Below are positions 1 through 9,104 of a stretch of 32,000 bases of DNA, one piece after another. Numbering within the stretch: position 1 is the first letter of the stretch; every line of letters starts with the position of its first letter. Both the position numbers and the translations under genes were made by a program. The notes below the pieces were generated by a model. That model made no database searches. It saw only the letters and a list, made by a program, of their open reading frames with translations, and was not told where the DNA came from. The stretch spans positions 1,020,001 to 1,052,000 of the forward strand of contig NC_015067.1 of the NCBI RefSeq assembly GCF_000196555.1, read 5' to 3'. The stretch is from Bifidobacterium longum subsp. longum JCM 1217 (GTDB lineage Bacteria; Actinomycetota; Actinomycetes; Actinomycetales; Bifidobacteriaceae).

Positions 1-627
1 GACAAGGCCAAGATCGATGAGGCTCTCGACATGTTCGAGGAAGCCGGCGTGAGCGCTGTGCTCGCGCTGCGCGGCGACTACATCGACGGCGAGCAGCTGG
101 TCGGCGAGTTCAACCACGCCAGCGACCTCGTGTCATACATCCGCTCCGTGAAGCCGGACTTCAAGGTGTTTGGTGCTTGCTACCCGGAAGGCCACTATCA
201 GGCTGACTCGCTGGACCAGGACATCGAAAACCTCAAAATCAAGGTCGATGCCGGCGTCACTCACCTGATTTCCCAGCTCTTCTACGACAATGAGGACTTC
301 TACCGCTTCCTCGACAAGGCGCGCGCCGCCGGCATCACCGTGCCGATCGAGGCGGGCATCATGCCGGTGCGTGGCGCCAAGTCCGTGCATCGCATGGCCG
401 AGCGCAACGCCTCGCGCATCCCGGACAAGCTCAACACCCTGCTGAACAAGTGGGGGGACGACATCCAGTCCCTGCGTGCCGCCGGCATCCTCTACGCTTC
501 CGAGCAGATCGCCGACCTCGTGGCCCACGACGTGGACGGCGTCCACCTGTATTCGATGAACCACCCCGCCACCACGCGCCGTATCTGGCGCAATGCGGAA
601 CCGTTGTTCCGCGGTACGCAAGGTTGA
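1..627 (+). CDS. metF: Methylenetetrahydrofolate reductase, 3' part (5' end lies outside the window)
   Basis: Frame 1 is open from base 1 (DKAKIDEALDMFEEAGVSAVLALRGD...), so the ATG at 31 is internal. MTHFR-like motifs are present (LALRGD, CYPEGH, THLISQLFYD, AGIMPV). Stop TGA at 625-627. Confidence 0.85.
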   Translation, partial: DKAKIDEALDMFEEAGVSAVLALRGDYIDGEQLVGEFNHASDLVSYIRSVKPDFKVFGACYPEGHYQADSLDQDIENLKIKVDAGVTHLISQLFYDNEDFYRFLDKARAAGITVPIEAGIMPVRGAKSVHRMAERNASRIPDKLNTLLNKWGDDIQSLRAAGILYASEQIADLVAHDVDGVHLYSMNHPATTRRIWRNAEPLFRGTQG

Positions 628-635
628 CGCATATC

Positions 636-667
636 GCGGCGCGGCGCATCTCAATGCGTCGCGCCGC
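636..667 (+). terminator. GC-rich hairpin downstream of metF (14-bp stem with one G-U pair, loop CTCA)
   Basis: GCGGCGCGGCGCAT / ATGCGTCGCGCCGC arms read directly, 9 nt after the metF stop. There is no clear U-tract, which is common in actinobacteria. Confidence 0.5.
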
Positions 668-760
668 ACGTTAATCTGCTGGCGAAACCCAGAGTTCCCC
701 CAGCGGCCGATGGGTATCATGAACGTGCAATCCAACCAAAGCGATGGAAGGGAGTCCGTT

Positions 761-1714
761 ATGTGCACTGGTGTCCGTTTCTCCGATGATGAGGGCAACA
801 CCTATTTCGGCCGTAATCTCGACTGGAGTTTCTCATATGGGGAGACCATCCTGGTCACTCCGCGCGGCTACCACTATGACACGGTGTTCGGTGCGGGCGG
901 CAAGGCGAAGCCGAACGCGGTGATCGGCGTGGGTGTGGTCATGGCCGATAGGCCGATGTATTTCGACTGCGCCAATGAACATGGTCTGGCCATCGCCGGC
1001 TTGAATTTCCCCGGCTACGCCTCGTTCGTCCACGAACCGGTCGAAGGCACGGAAAACGTCGCCACGTTCGAATTTCCGCTGTGGGTGGCGCGTAATTTCG
1101 ACTCCGTCGACGAGGTCGAGGAGGCGCTCAGGAACGTGACGCTCGTCTCCCAGATCGTGCCGGGACAGCAGGAGTCTCTGCTGCACTGGTTCATCGGCGA
1201 CGGCAAGCGCAGCATCGTCGTCGAGCAGATGGCCGATGGCATGCACGTGCATCATGATGACGTCGATGTGCTGACCAATCAGCCGACGTTCGACTTCCAT
1301 ATGGAAAACCTGCGCAACTACATGTGCGTCAGCAACGAGATGGCCGAACCGACTTCATGGGGCAAGGCCTCCTTGACCGCCTGGGGTGCGGGTGTGGGCA
1401 TGCATGGCATCCCGGGCGACGTGAGTTCCCCGTCGCGCTTCGTTCGTGTGGCCTACACCAACGCGCATTACCCGCAGCAGAACGATGAAGCCGCCAATGT
1501 GTCGCGCCTGTTCCACACCCTCGGCTCCGTGCAGATGGTGGACGGCATGGCGAAGATGGGCGACGGCCAGTTCGAACGCACGCTGTTCACCAGCGGATAT
1601 TCGTCCAAGACCAACACCTATTACATGAACACCTATGATGACCCCGCCATCCGTTCCTACGCCATGGCCGATTACGATATGGATTCCTCGGAGCTCATCA
1701 GCGTCGCCCGATGA
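761..1714 (+). CDS. bsh: Bile salt hydrolase (choloylglycine hydrolase, Ntn-hydrolase family), 317 aa
   Basis: Starts MCTGVRFSDDEGNTYFGRNLDW, with the catalytic Cys2 typical of BSH/penicillin V acylase. The GGAAGGGAG SD lies 6 nt upstream of ATG 761. The ORF-track start at 593 is an upstream in-frame extension with no SD. Confidence 0.95.
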   Translation: MCTGVRFSDDEGNTYFGRNLDWSFSYGETILVTPRGYHYDTVFGAGGKAKPNAVIGVGVVMADRPMYFDCANEHGLAIAGLNFPGYASFVHEPVEGTENVATFEFPLWVARNFDSVDEVEEALRNVTLVSQIVPGQQESLLHWFIGDGKRSIVVEQMADGMHVHHDDVDVLTNQPTFDFHMENLRNYMCVSNEMAEPTSWGKASLTAWGAGVGMHGIPGDVSSPSRFVRVAYTNAHYPQQNDEAANVSRLFHTLGSVQMVDGMAKMGDGQFERTLFTSGYSSKTNTYYMNTYDDPAIRSYAMADYDMDSSELISVAR

Positions 1715-1724
1715 CTCCTTCCCG

Positions 1725-1752
1725 GCTCATGCCCCATTCGGAGGGCATGAGC
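1725..1752 (+). promoter_or_regulatory. Intercistronic hairpin between bsh and glnE (10-bp stem GCTCATGCCC/GGGCATGAGC, 8-nt loop)
   Basis: Read directly in the 55-nt bsh-glnE gap. No U-tract follows, so this is more likely a partial terminator or mRNA-processing/stability element than a full stop. Confidence 0.4.
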
Positions 1753-1769
1753 GTATATAGTGGAATCTT

Positions 1770-4700
1770 ATGGAATCGTCGATCTTCAAACCCAGCTCCA
1801 TGGACCTCATCAGGGCAGGTCTGCAAGACCTCGACAAGGCCCGCGCCTTGTTCGACCAGCTCAAGGCGGACGACATTCCCGATGAGCGATGCGCCGAACT
1901 GCTGAGCGCGCTGGCCCACGCCTGCGACCCCGATATGGCATTGAGCAATTTCGTGGATATCGTCAACGCGATGCAATCCAGCCAGCGCGATCTGGAACAC
2001 GTCATCCCCGACAACGACGCCCTGAAGCGTCTGGTCACGGTGCTCGGCGTCTCCGACGCGATGGGCAAGTTCATGCGCTTCAAGCCGCAGCTTGTGGAGG
2101 CGGCAGCAGTCGACAACTGCAACAGCCATCTGTTCAATCACGCGCAACGCCGTGCACGTCTGCTCAAGGCGGTCGGCGCGGACCCGGACGAACCGGCCAT
2201 GCCCGTCGCCTCCAAGGATCTGGCCGAAGCGGCCACGGCCCTGCGTTCCAGCTACCGGAACCAACTGGCCGCCATCATCGCCCAGGATGCCGTGGCGGAC
2301 GACCCGACCTCCATCCAACCGACCATCAGCCGCGAACTGTCCGACCTCGCGGACGCGGCGCTCGAAGGCGCGCTGGCCATCGCCCGCCACGAAACCGAGG
2401 GCAGCGAGCACGTGCGCTTCACCATCATCGGCATGGGCAAACTCGGCGCACAGGAACTGAACTACGTCTCCGACGTGGACCTCATCTACGTGGTCGAACC
2501 GGCCGACAAGGATGTGGACCATCAGACGCTGATTCGCGTGGGCACCAAGATGGGCACCATGTTACAGCGCGTCTGCCAGTCCGCCATCATGGGCGTGGCC
2601 GAGCAGCCGCTGTGGCAGATCGACGGCGGCCTGCGCCCGGAAGGCAAGGACGGCGCGCTGGTGCGCGTGCTCTCCTCGCACAAGAACTATTACGAGCAGT
2701 GGGCCGAGAATTGGGAGTTCCAAGCGCTGCTCAAGGCCCGCCCGGTGGCCGGCGACCCCGACCTCGGTCAGGCCTACATGGACATGACCCGGCCGTTCGT
2801 GTGGAGCGCATCCAAGCGCAAGAACTTCGTCTACGACTGCCAGAAAATGCGCAAGCGCGTGGAGGATTTGATTCCCGCGCCCCTGAAGGACCGCGAGATT
2901 AAGCTCGGCCGCGGCGGTCTGCGCGATGTGGAATTCACCGTGCAGATGCTCCAGCTCGTACACGGCCGCACCGACGAATCGCTGCGCACCAGCAACACGC
3001 TCGACTCGCTGCAGCGCCTGTCCGAAGGCGGCTATGTCTCGCGCAAGCAGGCCGTGCGCATGTCCCAGGACTACCGCTTCGAGCGCGTGATGGAACATCG
3101 CCAGCAGATCTGGTCCCTGAAGCGCACGCACCTGTTCCCGGACCTCGGCCGGGCCTCGGTCGGAGGCCTCGAAAAGAAGCGCGACATCGACGTGGACGAG
3201 CTCAACCAGAACCAGGAGCTGCGCCGACTCGCCCGCGCATTCGGCCTGCACCCGGAAGAACTCGTCGACAAGTACGACGACACCCGCCGCGAAGTACGCC
3301 ACCTGCACCTCGACATCTACTATCGCCCGATGCTGCCGGTCAACGCCCAGATGGAGAACGACCAGATCGTCCTGAGCGTCGAGGCAGCACAGGAACGATT
3401 CGAATCCATCGGTTTCGGCGACCCGGACGCCGCCATCCGCCACGTGCAGGCGCTCACCGCCGGCGTGGGGCGCGCGGCCAAAATCAACCGCATCATTCTG
3501 CCCGCCGTCTTGCAGTGGCTGGGCGAGGGCCAGAACCCGGACATGGGCCTGCTCAACTGGCGCAAACTGGAGGAGAACTTCGGCACCGAATCCGGCTACC
3601 TCGGCTTCCTGCGCGACTCCACCTCCGCCGCCCAGCGCCTGTGCCACATCCTGTCCAACTCACGATTCCTGGGCGACGCGCTCAACAAGTCGGTCGAATC
3701 GATCAGCTGGCTTGGCGACGACGACAATCTGCAGGCCCGCACGCGCGAGGCCTTGGACGTGCAGACCGGCTCGGCGCTGGAACGTTTCGGCTCGAACATC
3801 AACGAGTTCGCCACCTCCATGCGCGCCATGCGCCGCCACGAAATCGAACGCATCGGCCTGTCTTGGATGAGCGGTGTGATCAGCGACTCCGACAGTCTCA
3901 AGGCCATGACCGACGTGTATGACGCGATCATCGATGCCTCCCTGACCTGGGCCGTGCGCCACCAGATCGCCGAGTTCGGCGTCGAAACCGCGCCGGCCGG
4001 CATCACCGTCATCGCCATGGGCCGTTACGGCGGGCGCGAAGTGAACTTCAGCTCCGATGCGGATGCCATTCTCATCTACCGTCCGGCCGACGATGCCGAC
4101 GACGGCCAAGCCAACGCCTTCGCCAAGAAGGTCGTGGAAGACCTGCGCAACATCCTGCAAGGACCGACGACGCTGGAACCCAAGATCGAACTCGACCTGG
4201 ACCTGCGCCCGGAAGGCAAGAACGGCCCGCTCGTGCGCTCCTATGCCTCCTGCGAGGAATACTACGAATCCTGGGCTTCGACCTGGGAGCGCCAGGCGCT
4301 GCTGCGCGCCCGGTACGCGGCCGGCGACGCTGAACTGGCGCGGGACTTCCTGATCAACATCGCCGACCCGCTGCGCTACCCGACCACGGAACTGACTGAA
4401 GCAGAATTGCAGAACATCCGCAAGCTCAAGGCCCGCATGGAAGCCGAGCGTCTGCCGCGCGGCGTGCGCCGTGAACGGCATCTGAAGCTCGGCAAGGGCG
4501 GCTTGTCTGACGTGGAATGGACCGTGCAACTCATGCAGCTCCAGCACGCCGGCGATATCAAAGATCTGCGCGTCAACGGCACGCTGGAGGCATTGGACGT
4601 GCTGGAAGCCAAGAAGCTCATCAGCGCTATCGACGCGATTCAGCTGCGCAAGGCATGGACGTTGTGCACCGCGGCCCGCAACGGCAGCTATCTGTGGAGT

Positions 4701-5000
4701 GGGCGCGCCAACCAGGCCGATATTCTGCCTGATGACATCTATTCGCTGGGCGGCATCGCCGTCTACCTCGGCTACGGCGCCCACCGCGGCCAGCATTTCG
4801 AGAACGACCTGCTGGCCGTGATGCGCAAATGCCGTGACGTATGCCAGCGCTTGTTCTATGGGAAGACCGAAGGCGAGGCGGCTGCGGCAACCACCGCCAC
4901 GGCCTCCGCCGCAACGCAGCAGCCGCAAACCGCCCCTCGCCCGCGTATGCACGTGATCGCACCGCGACTGGAACGAAATCGACGCCGCGCGCAGCGATAA
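1770..5000 (+). CDS. glnE: Bifunctional glutamine synthetase adenylyltransferase/adenylyl-removing enzyme, 1076 aa
   Basis: Two repeated nucleotidyltransferase modules (GMGKLGAQELNYVSDVDLIYV and AMGRYGGREVNFSSDADAILIY), each followed by a GlnE-type region (DGGLRPEGKDG / DLDLRPEGKNG). The size is typical of GlnE. Confidence 0.93.
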   Translation: MESSIFKPSSMDLIRAGLQDLDKARALFDQLKADDIPDERCAELLSALAHACDPDMALSNFVDIVNAMQSSQRDLEHVIPDNDALKRLVTVLGVSDAMGKFMRFKPQLVEAAAVDNCNSHLFNHAQRRARLLKAVGADPDEPAMPVASKDLAEAATALRSSYRNQLAAIIAQDAVADDPTSIQPTISRELSDLADAALEGALAIARHETEGSEHVRFTIIGMGKLGAQELNYVSDVDLIYVVEPADKDVDHQTLIRVGTKMGTMLQRVCQSAIMGVAEQPLWQIDGGLRPEGKDGALVRVLSSHKNYYEQWAENWEFQALLKARPVAGDPDLGQAYMDMTRPFVWSASKRKNFVYDCQKMRKRVEDLIPAPLKDREIKLGRGGLRDVEFTVQMLQLVHGRTDESLRTSNTLDSLQRLSEGGYVSRKQAVRMSQDYRFERVMEHRQQIWSLKRTHLFPDLGRASVGGLEKKRDIDVDELNQNQELRRLARAFGLHPEELVDKYDDTRREVRHLHLDIYYRPMLPVNAQMENDQIVLSVEAAQERFESIGFGDPDAAIRHVQALTAGVGRAAKINRIILPAVLQWLGEGQNPDMGLLNWRKLEENFGTESGYLGFLRDSTSAAQRLCHILSNSRFLGDALNKSVESISWLGDDDNLQARTREALDVQTGSALERFGSNINEFATSMRAMRRHEIERIGLSWMSGVISDSDSLKAMTDVYDAIIDASLTWAVRHQIAEFGVETAPAGITVIAMGRYGGREVNFSSDADAILIYRPADDADDGQANAFAKKVVEDLRNILQGPTTLEPKIELDLDLRPEGKNGPLVRSYASCEEYYESWASTWERQALLRARYAAGDAELARDFLINIADPLRYPTTELTEAELQNIRKLKARMEAERLPRGVRRERHLKLGKGGLSDVEWTVQLMQLQHAGDIKDLRVNGTLEALDVLEAKKLISAIDAIQLRKAWTLCTAARNGSYLWSGRANQADILPDDIYSLGGIAVYLGYGAHRGQHFENDLLAVMRKCRDVCQRLFYGKTEGEAAAATTATASAATQQPQTAPRPRMHVIAPRLERNRRRAQR

Positions 5001-5123
5001 GGCAGCATATTCGTTGGATTTTCAGGTGGACACTCGGTGAATGCGGCTGTCCGAAAAATGGCGTAAGTTAGATTAGGTCACGCAAGGGTGGCCACCTGAA
5101 AACCACGAGCGAAAAGGTGAGCC

Positions 5124-6104
5124 TTGTCTGAAGAAACGCCAATGGTCGGCAAAAGCGTCGTAACGCTGGACGGCCTGTCTACAAACCAGATTCTCGACCT
5201 GCTGCATAAGGCCGAATACATCGATTCCCACCGCAAAGAGATTGCCCATACCTGCGATGGGCGAGTGCTGGCCACGCTGTTCTACGAGCCCTCCACCCGT
5301 ACGCGCCTGAGCTTTGAGACCGCAATGCTACGTCTCGGCGGCAAGGTCATCGGATTCGCCGGCGCGCAGCTGGCCTCCGTGACCAAGGGCGAATCCATCG
5401 CCGACACGTTGAAGACCGTGTCCAACTACGTGGACGTGGTCGCCATCCGTCACCCGAAGGAGGGTGCCGCGCTGGTGGCCTCCCGCGCCGCATCCGTGCC
5501 GGTAATCAACGCCGGCGACGGCGGCCACATGCACCCCACGCAGACGCTGGCCGACCTGGCCACGCTGCAGTCGCGCTTCGGCCGCATCACCGACCTGACC
5601 GTGGGACTGTGCGGCGATTTGACCTTCGGCCGCACCGTGCACTCCCTGATCGAGACCCTGTGCCGCTTCGGCAACGTGCGCTTCGTGCTCATCAGCCCGG
5701 ACGAGCTCAAGACCCCGCAGTACGTGATCGACCGCATCAACGCCACCGACAGCTGCTCCTACGTGGAAGTGCGCGACCTGGCCTCCGTGATCGGCGACCT
5801 CGACGTGCTGTACATGACCCGCGTACAGAAGGAACGCTTCTTCAACGAAGACGACTACCTGCGCCTGCGCGACACCTACATTCTCGACGAAGAGAAGCTG
5901 CAGCTCGCCAAGCCGTCCATGGCCGTGCTTCACCCGCTGCCGCGCGTCAACGAAATCGCCGTGGACGTGGACGACGACCCGCGTGCCGCCTACTTCGAAC
6001 AGGTCAAGAACGGCATGCTCGTGCGCATGGCCCTCGAAAGCACCGTGGTGGGCGACGAACTGCCCGGATACGAACCGCTCAACCCCAAGGAGGTTCAGGC
6101 CTGA
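5124..6104 (+). CDS. pyrB: Aspartate carbamoyltransferase catalytic subunit
   Basis: Motifs FYEPSTRTRLSFE, HPTQTLAD and HPLPRVNEI. TTG start at 5124 follows AAGGTGA. The alternative ATG at 5142 would remove 6 aa. Confidence 0.92.
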   Translation: MSEETPMVGKSVVTLDGLSTNQILDLLHKAEYIDSHRKEIAHTCDGRVLATLFYEPSTRTRLSFETAMLRLGGKVIGFAGAQLASVTKGESIADTLKTVSNYVDVVAIRHPKEGAALVASRAASVPVINAGDGGHMHPTQTLADLATLQSRFGRITDLTVGLCGDLTFGRTVHSLIETLCRFGNVRFVLISPDELKTPQYVIDRINATDSCSYVEVRDLASVIGDLDVLYMTRVQKERFFNEDDYLRLRDTYILDEEKLQLAKPSMAVLHPLPRVNEIAVDVDDDPRAAYFEQVKNGMLVRMALESTVVGDELPGYEPLNPKEVQA

Positions 6105-6523
6105 TGGAAGTCACCAGCATTCAGAACGGCATCATTATCGACCATGTGCCGGCCGGAACCTCGCTGAAGGTTCTCGAATACCTGAAAATCGACCCGGCCA
6201 AAACCAAGCTTGCGCTCATCATGAACGCCGACTCCAAGCGTTACGGCTCCAAGGACATCATCAAAATCGAAGATGACAAGGACATCGACCTCGACGTGCT
6301 CGGCTTCGTGGCCCGCCAAGCCACCGTGGACGTGGTGCGCGGCGGCAAGATCGTCGAAAAGAAGCAGCCGAACCTGCCCGAGCACATCGTCGGCGTGATT
6401 TCCTGCGTGAACCCGCGCTGCGTGACCACCGCCGAGCCCGGCATCAAGCAGATGTTCCACCTCGTGCACTCCGAGCGGCTCGAATACCGCTGCGACTACT
6501 GCGACGAGGAAGCCAAACTGTGA
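6104..6523 (+). CDS. pyrI: Aspartate carbamoyltransferase regulatory subunit, 139 aa
   Basis: MEVTSIQNGIIIDHVPAG... with a C-terminal Zn-binding CVNPRC...CDYC. Its ATG overlaps the pyrB stop (TGATG). The ORF-track start at 5609 is an out-of-gene extension. Confidence 0.92.
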   Translation: MEVTSIQNGIIIDHVPAGTSLKVLEYLKIDPAKTKLALIMNADSKRYGSKDIIKIEDDKDIDLDVLGFVARQATVDVVRGGKIVEKKQPNLPEHIVGVISCVNPRCVTTAEPGIKQMFHLVHSERLEYRCDYCDEEAKL

Positions 6524-8016
6524 GCATCACCCTACGCAACATCAAGGTCTGGAACACCGGCGAGGTCATCGACCTCGTGGTGCCCGGGACCGCTGCCGCC
6601 TACTTCGCCGACACCTCCGCCGTGGCTGACGGCGCCGACATCGACGCCACCGGCCTGACCGTGGCCCCCGGTTTCGAAGACCCACACGTCCACTTCCGCG
6701 ATCCCGGCCAGACCTACAAGGAATCGATGGTCTCCGGCTGCCGTGCGTCCGCATCCGGCGGATACACGAACGTGCTCATCATGCCGAACACGTTGCCGGC
6801 ACTGGATGGGCAGACCGTGTCTGGCCCGGAAGCGACCGGTGCAAAAGAGGTTCTGGATGCCGGCTTCGACAACGTCATCGACTTCCTGCAGCAGTACGAT
6901 ACTGCGCATGACGTTCAATTGCCGGTTCGTTACGATCTGTGCGTGTGCGCGTCCAAGGATCGCGCCGGTCATGAGGCAAGCGACGTTGCCGATTGGCTCA
7001 AGTACGTGCCCGGATTCGAGGACGACGCCAAGACGCCGGCCATGCTCACGCACCCCATCACCGCAATCAGCGACGACGGTTCCGCTGTGACGCCGGAGAT
7101 CCTGGACCAGGTGCTGGAGAACGTCAAGGCCTCCGACCTGTACCTGATCGAGCATTGCGAGCATCACGATACAGGTGCCGTGAACGAAGGCCCCGTTTCC
7201 CGCGAGCTTGGCGTGCCCGGCATTCCGGAAGACACCGAGCTCAAGATCGTGGCCCGCGATATCGAAGCGGCCCGCCGCACCGGTGTCCACGTGCACTTCC
7301 AGCATGTGAGCACTGCCATCTCGTTCGAGGCGATTCGCAGGGCCAAGGCCGAAGGACTGCCGATTACCTGCGAGACCGCGCCGCACTATCTGGCGTTGAG
7401 CGACGAGGCGCTGCTCAAGTACGGCACGCTCGCCAAGATGAATCCGCCACTGCGCTCCGAAGCGGACCGCAAAGCCACCATCGCGGCCATCGCCGACGGC
7501 ACCGTGGATCTGCTGGCCACCGACCATGCGCCGCACACGTTGGCAGAGAAGGAACTCGGCTTCCTTGAGGCGCCCAACGGCATCATCGGACTGGAATGCG
7601 CGTACGGCGTGTGCCACAAGGTGCTCGTCGACGGCGGCTTCATTTCCGATGAGCGTCTGATCGAGCTCATGTCCGTTGGACCTGCCGAACTCATGGGGCA
7701 TGTGCCAACCGACGTAGCCGCGCTGGTCGAGGACTACGCCGAACCCGCGCCCACCGGGGATGATCCGGATGGCGTGATTGCGGGGGAGAGCGACGCTCAG
7801 CCGCAGCGTGAAGGCGTCAACCGACTGCTCGACTTGAGCCGCGTGGATGACGCCGACAATGTCGACCTCGTGGTGCTCAACGCCGCCGAGGAATGGACCG
7901 TGGACCCCGAACAGTTCCACTCCAAGGCTCGTAACACCCCGTTCGGCGGCTGGCAGGTCACCGGACGCCCCCTCGCCACAATCATCGGCTCCCAGCTGAT
8001 GTTCAGCCGTCTGTAG
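6520..8016 (+). CDS. pyrC: Dihydroorotase, 498 aa (longer than typical, see findings)
   Basis: HVHFRDPG (HxH metal site), HCEHHD and ATDHAPH motifs. The GTG start overlaps the pyrI stop (GTGA). Confidence 0.9.
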   Translation: MSITLRNIKVWNTGEVIDLVVPGTAAAYFADTSAVADGADIDATGLTVAPGFEDPHVHFRDPGQTYKESMVSGCRASASGGYTNVLIMPNTLPALDGQTVSGPEATGAKEVLDAGFDNVIDFLQQYDTAHDVQLPVRYDLCVCASKDRAGHEASDVADWLKYVPGFEDDAKTPAMLTHPITAISDDGSAVTPEILDQVLENVKASDLYLIEHCEHHDTGAVNEGPVSRELGVPGIPEDTELKIVARDIEAARRTGVHVHFQHVSTAISFEAIRRAKAEGLPITCETAPHYLALSDEALLKYGTLAKMNPPLRSEADRKATIAAIADGTVDLLATDHAPHTLAEKELGFLEAPNGIIGLECAYGVCHKVLVDGGFISDERLIELMSVGPAELMGHVPTDVAALVEDYAEPAPTGDDPDGVIAGESDAQPQREGVNRLLDLSRVDDADNVDLVVLNAAEEWTVDPEQFHSKARNTPFGGWQVTGRPLATIIGSQLMFSRL

Positions 8017-8033
8017 ATAACACAAGGAGCAGC

Positions 8034-8987
8034 ATGGATCGCCTGATCGAAGCGATTGACAACACTCAGAACCCCAGCGTCGTGGGCCTTGACCCCACTG
8101 AGGCGCTGGTGCCGCCGCAGGTCGTGGCGAGCTTTGCCGACGAGGTGCGTGACTCGGTCGAATCCCCGGAGGAAGTCGAATCCGCGCAGCTGGCCGTCGC
8201 CTACTTCGAATACAACCGCACGATCATTGACGCCATCGCCGACATCGTGCCCGCCGTCAAACCGCAGATCGCCATGTACGAGGCGCTCGGCCCCGCCGGC
8301 GTGGACATCTACACGATGACCTGCGAATACGCGGCCCAGCAGGGCCTCTACGTGCTCGGCGACATCAAGCGTGGCGACATCGGCTCCACCGCAGCCGCCT
8401 ACGCCCACCACCTGAACGGCGTGGGCGACTTCGACCCGTGGCATGAGGATGCGGTGACCGTCAACCCGTATCTCGGCACCGACGGCATCACCCCGTTCGT
8501 CGAGGCCGCCGCCGAAGCCGACAAGGACATCTTCGTGCTCGTGCGCACCTCCAACCCGTCCTCCAGCGAACTGCAGATGCTCGACCTGGCCGACGGCACG
8601 AAGGTCTACGAGCACGTGGCCGATCTTGTGGAAGGATGGGGCGCCGAGACCATCGGCAGCCACGGCTACTCCCGCGTGGGCGCGGTGGTCGGCGCCACCC
8701 ACCCCGAGGAAGGCAAGGCGTTGCGTGAACGTATGCCGCACACGTTCTTCCTCGTGCCGGGCTACGGTGCGCAGGGCGGCACGGCCGCGGACGTGGCAGG
8801 CATGTTCGACAAGCAGGGCAGCGGCGCCATCGTCAACTCGTCGCGCGGCATTATCGGCGCATGGAAGAAGAGCGGCAAGTACTCCGAATCCATGACCGCC
8901 GACGAGGCGCTGGACCTTGTGGCGAGCAGCGCGCGCCAGGCGGCGCTCGACATGCGCGATAATCTGCGGGTTGCCGTATATAGGTAG
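8034..8987 (+). CDS. pyrF: Orotidine 5'-phosphate decarboxylase (long, type 2 form), 317 aa
   Basis: VVGLDP, KPQIAMYE and GDIKRGDIGST motifs. AAGGAG SD lies 4 nt upstream of the ATG. Confidence 0.9.
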   Translation: MDRLIEAIDNTQNPSVVGLDPTEALVPPQVVASFADEVRDSVESPEEVESAQLAVAYFEYNRTIIDAIADIVPAVKPQIAMYEALGPAGVDIYTMTCEYAAQQGLYVLGDIKRGDIGSTAAAYAHHLNGVGDFDPWHEDAVTVNPYLGTDGITPFVEAAAEADKDIFVLVRTSNPSSSELQMLDLADGTKVYEHVADLVEGWGAETIGSHGYSRVGAVVGATHPEEGKALRERMPHTFFLVPGYGAQGGTAADVAGMFDKQGSGAIVNSSRGIIGAWKKSGKYSESMTADEALDLVASSARQAALDMRDNLRVAVYR

Positions 8988-9061
8988 GTAGATTGTCCGG
9001 CTGTGGGCTATACGTGAGTGTGGGCTGGAAACCGGAGCCGAGTGTGTTTAACTACCTCTCA

Positions 9062-9099
9062 GTCAACCTGCGGTTGACCGCTCCCCTGATAGGGGGAGC
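9062..9099 (+). promoter_or_regulatory. Two adjacent hairpins in the pyrF-pyrK gap. The second (9080-9099) base-pairs the pyrK SD.
   Basis: Hairpin 1: GTCAACC-TGC-GGTTGAC (9062-9078). Hairpin 2: GCTCCCC-TGATAG-GGGGAGC (9080-9099). The 3' arm of hairpin 2 is the GGGGGAG SD, 6 nt before GTG 9105. Confidence 0.35.
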
Positions 9100-9104
9100 T
9101 TGAT

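Noticed and set aside
593-760. Upstream extensions of ORF-track entries: bsh from 593, pyrI from 5609, pyrD from 9644, pyrE from 10912, HAD to 15136, hipB to 30099, permease to 26099.
   Set aside because: Internal starts with SD sequences reproduce canonical N-termini (e.g. MCTGVRF for BSH). The extensions overlap upstream genes, terminator hairpins or the SD itself.
5000-5124. PyrR-binding anti-antiterminator upstream of pyrB.
   Set aside because: No UCCAGAGAGG-like loop is visible in the leader, and no U-tract terminator is present. Only generic helices are present, reported separately at low interest.
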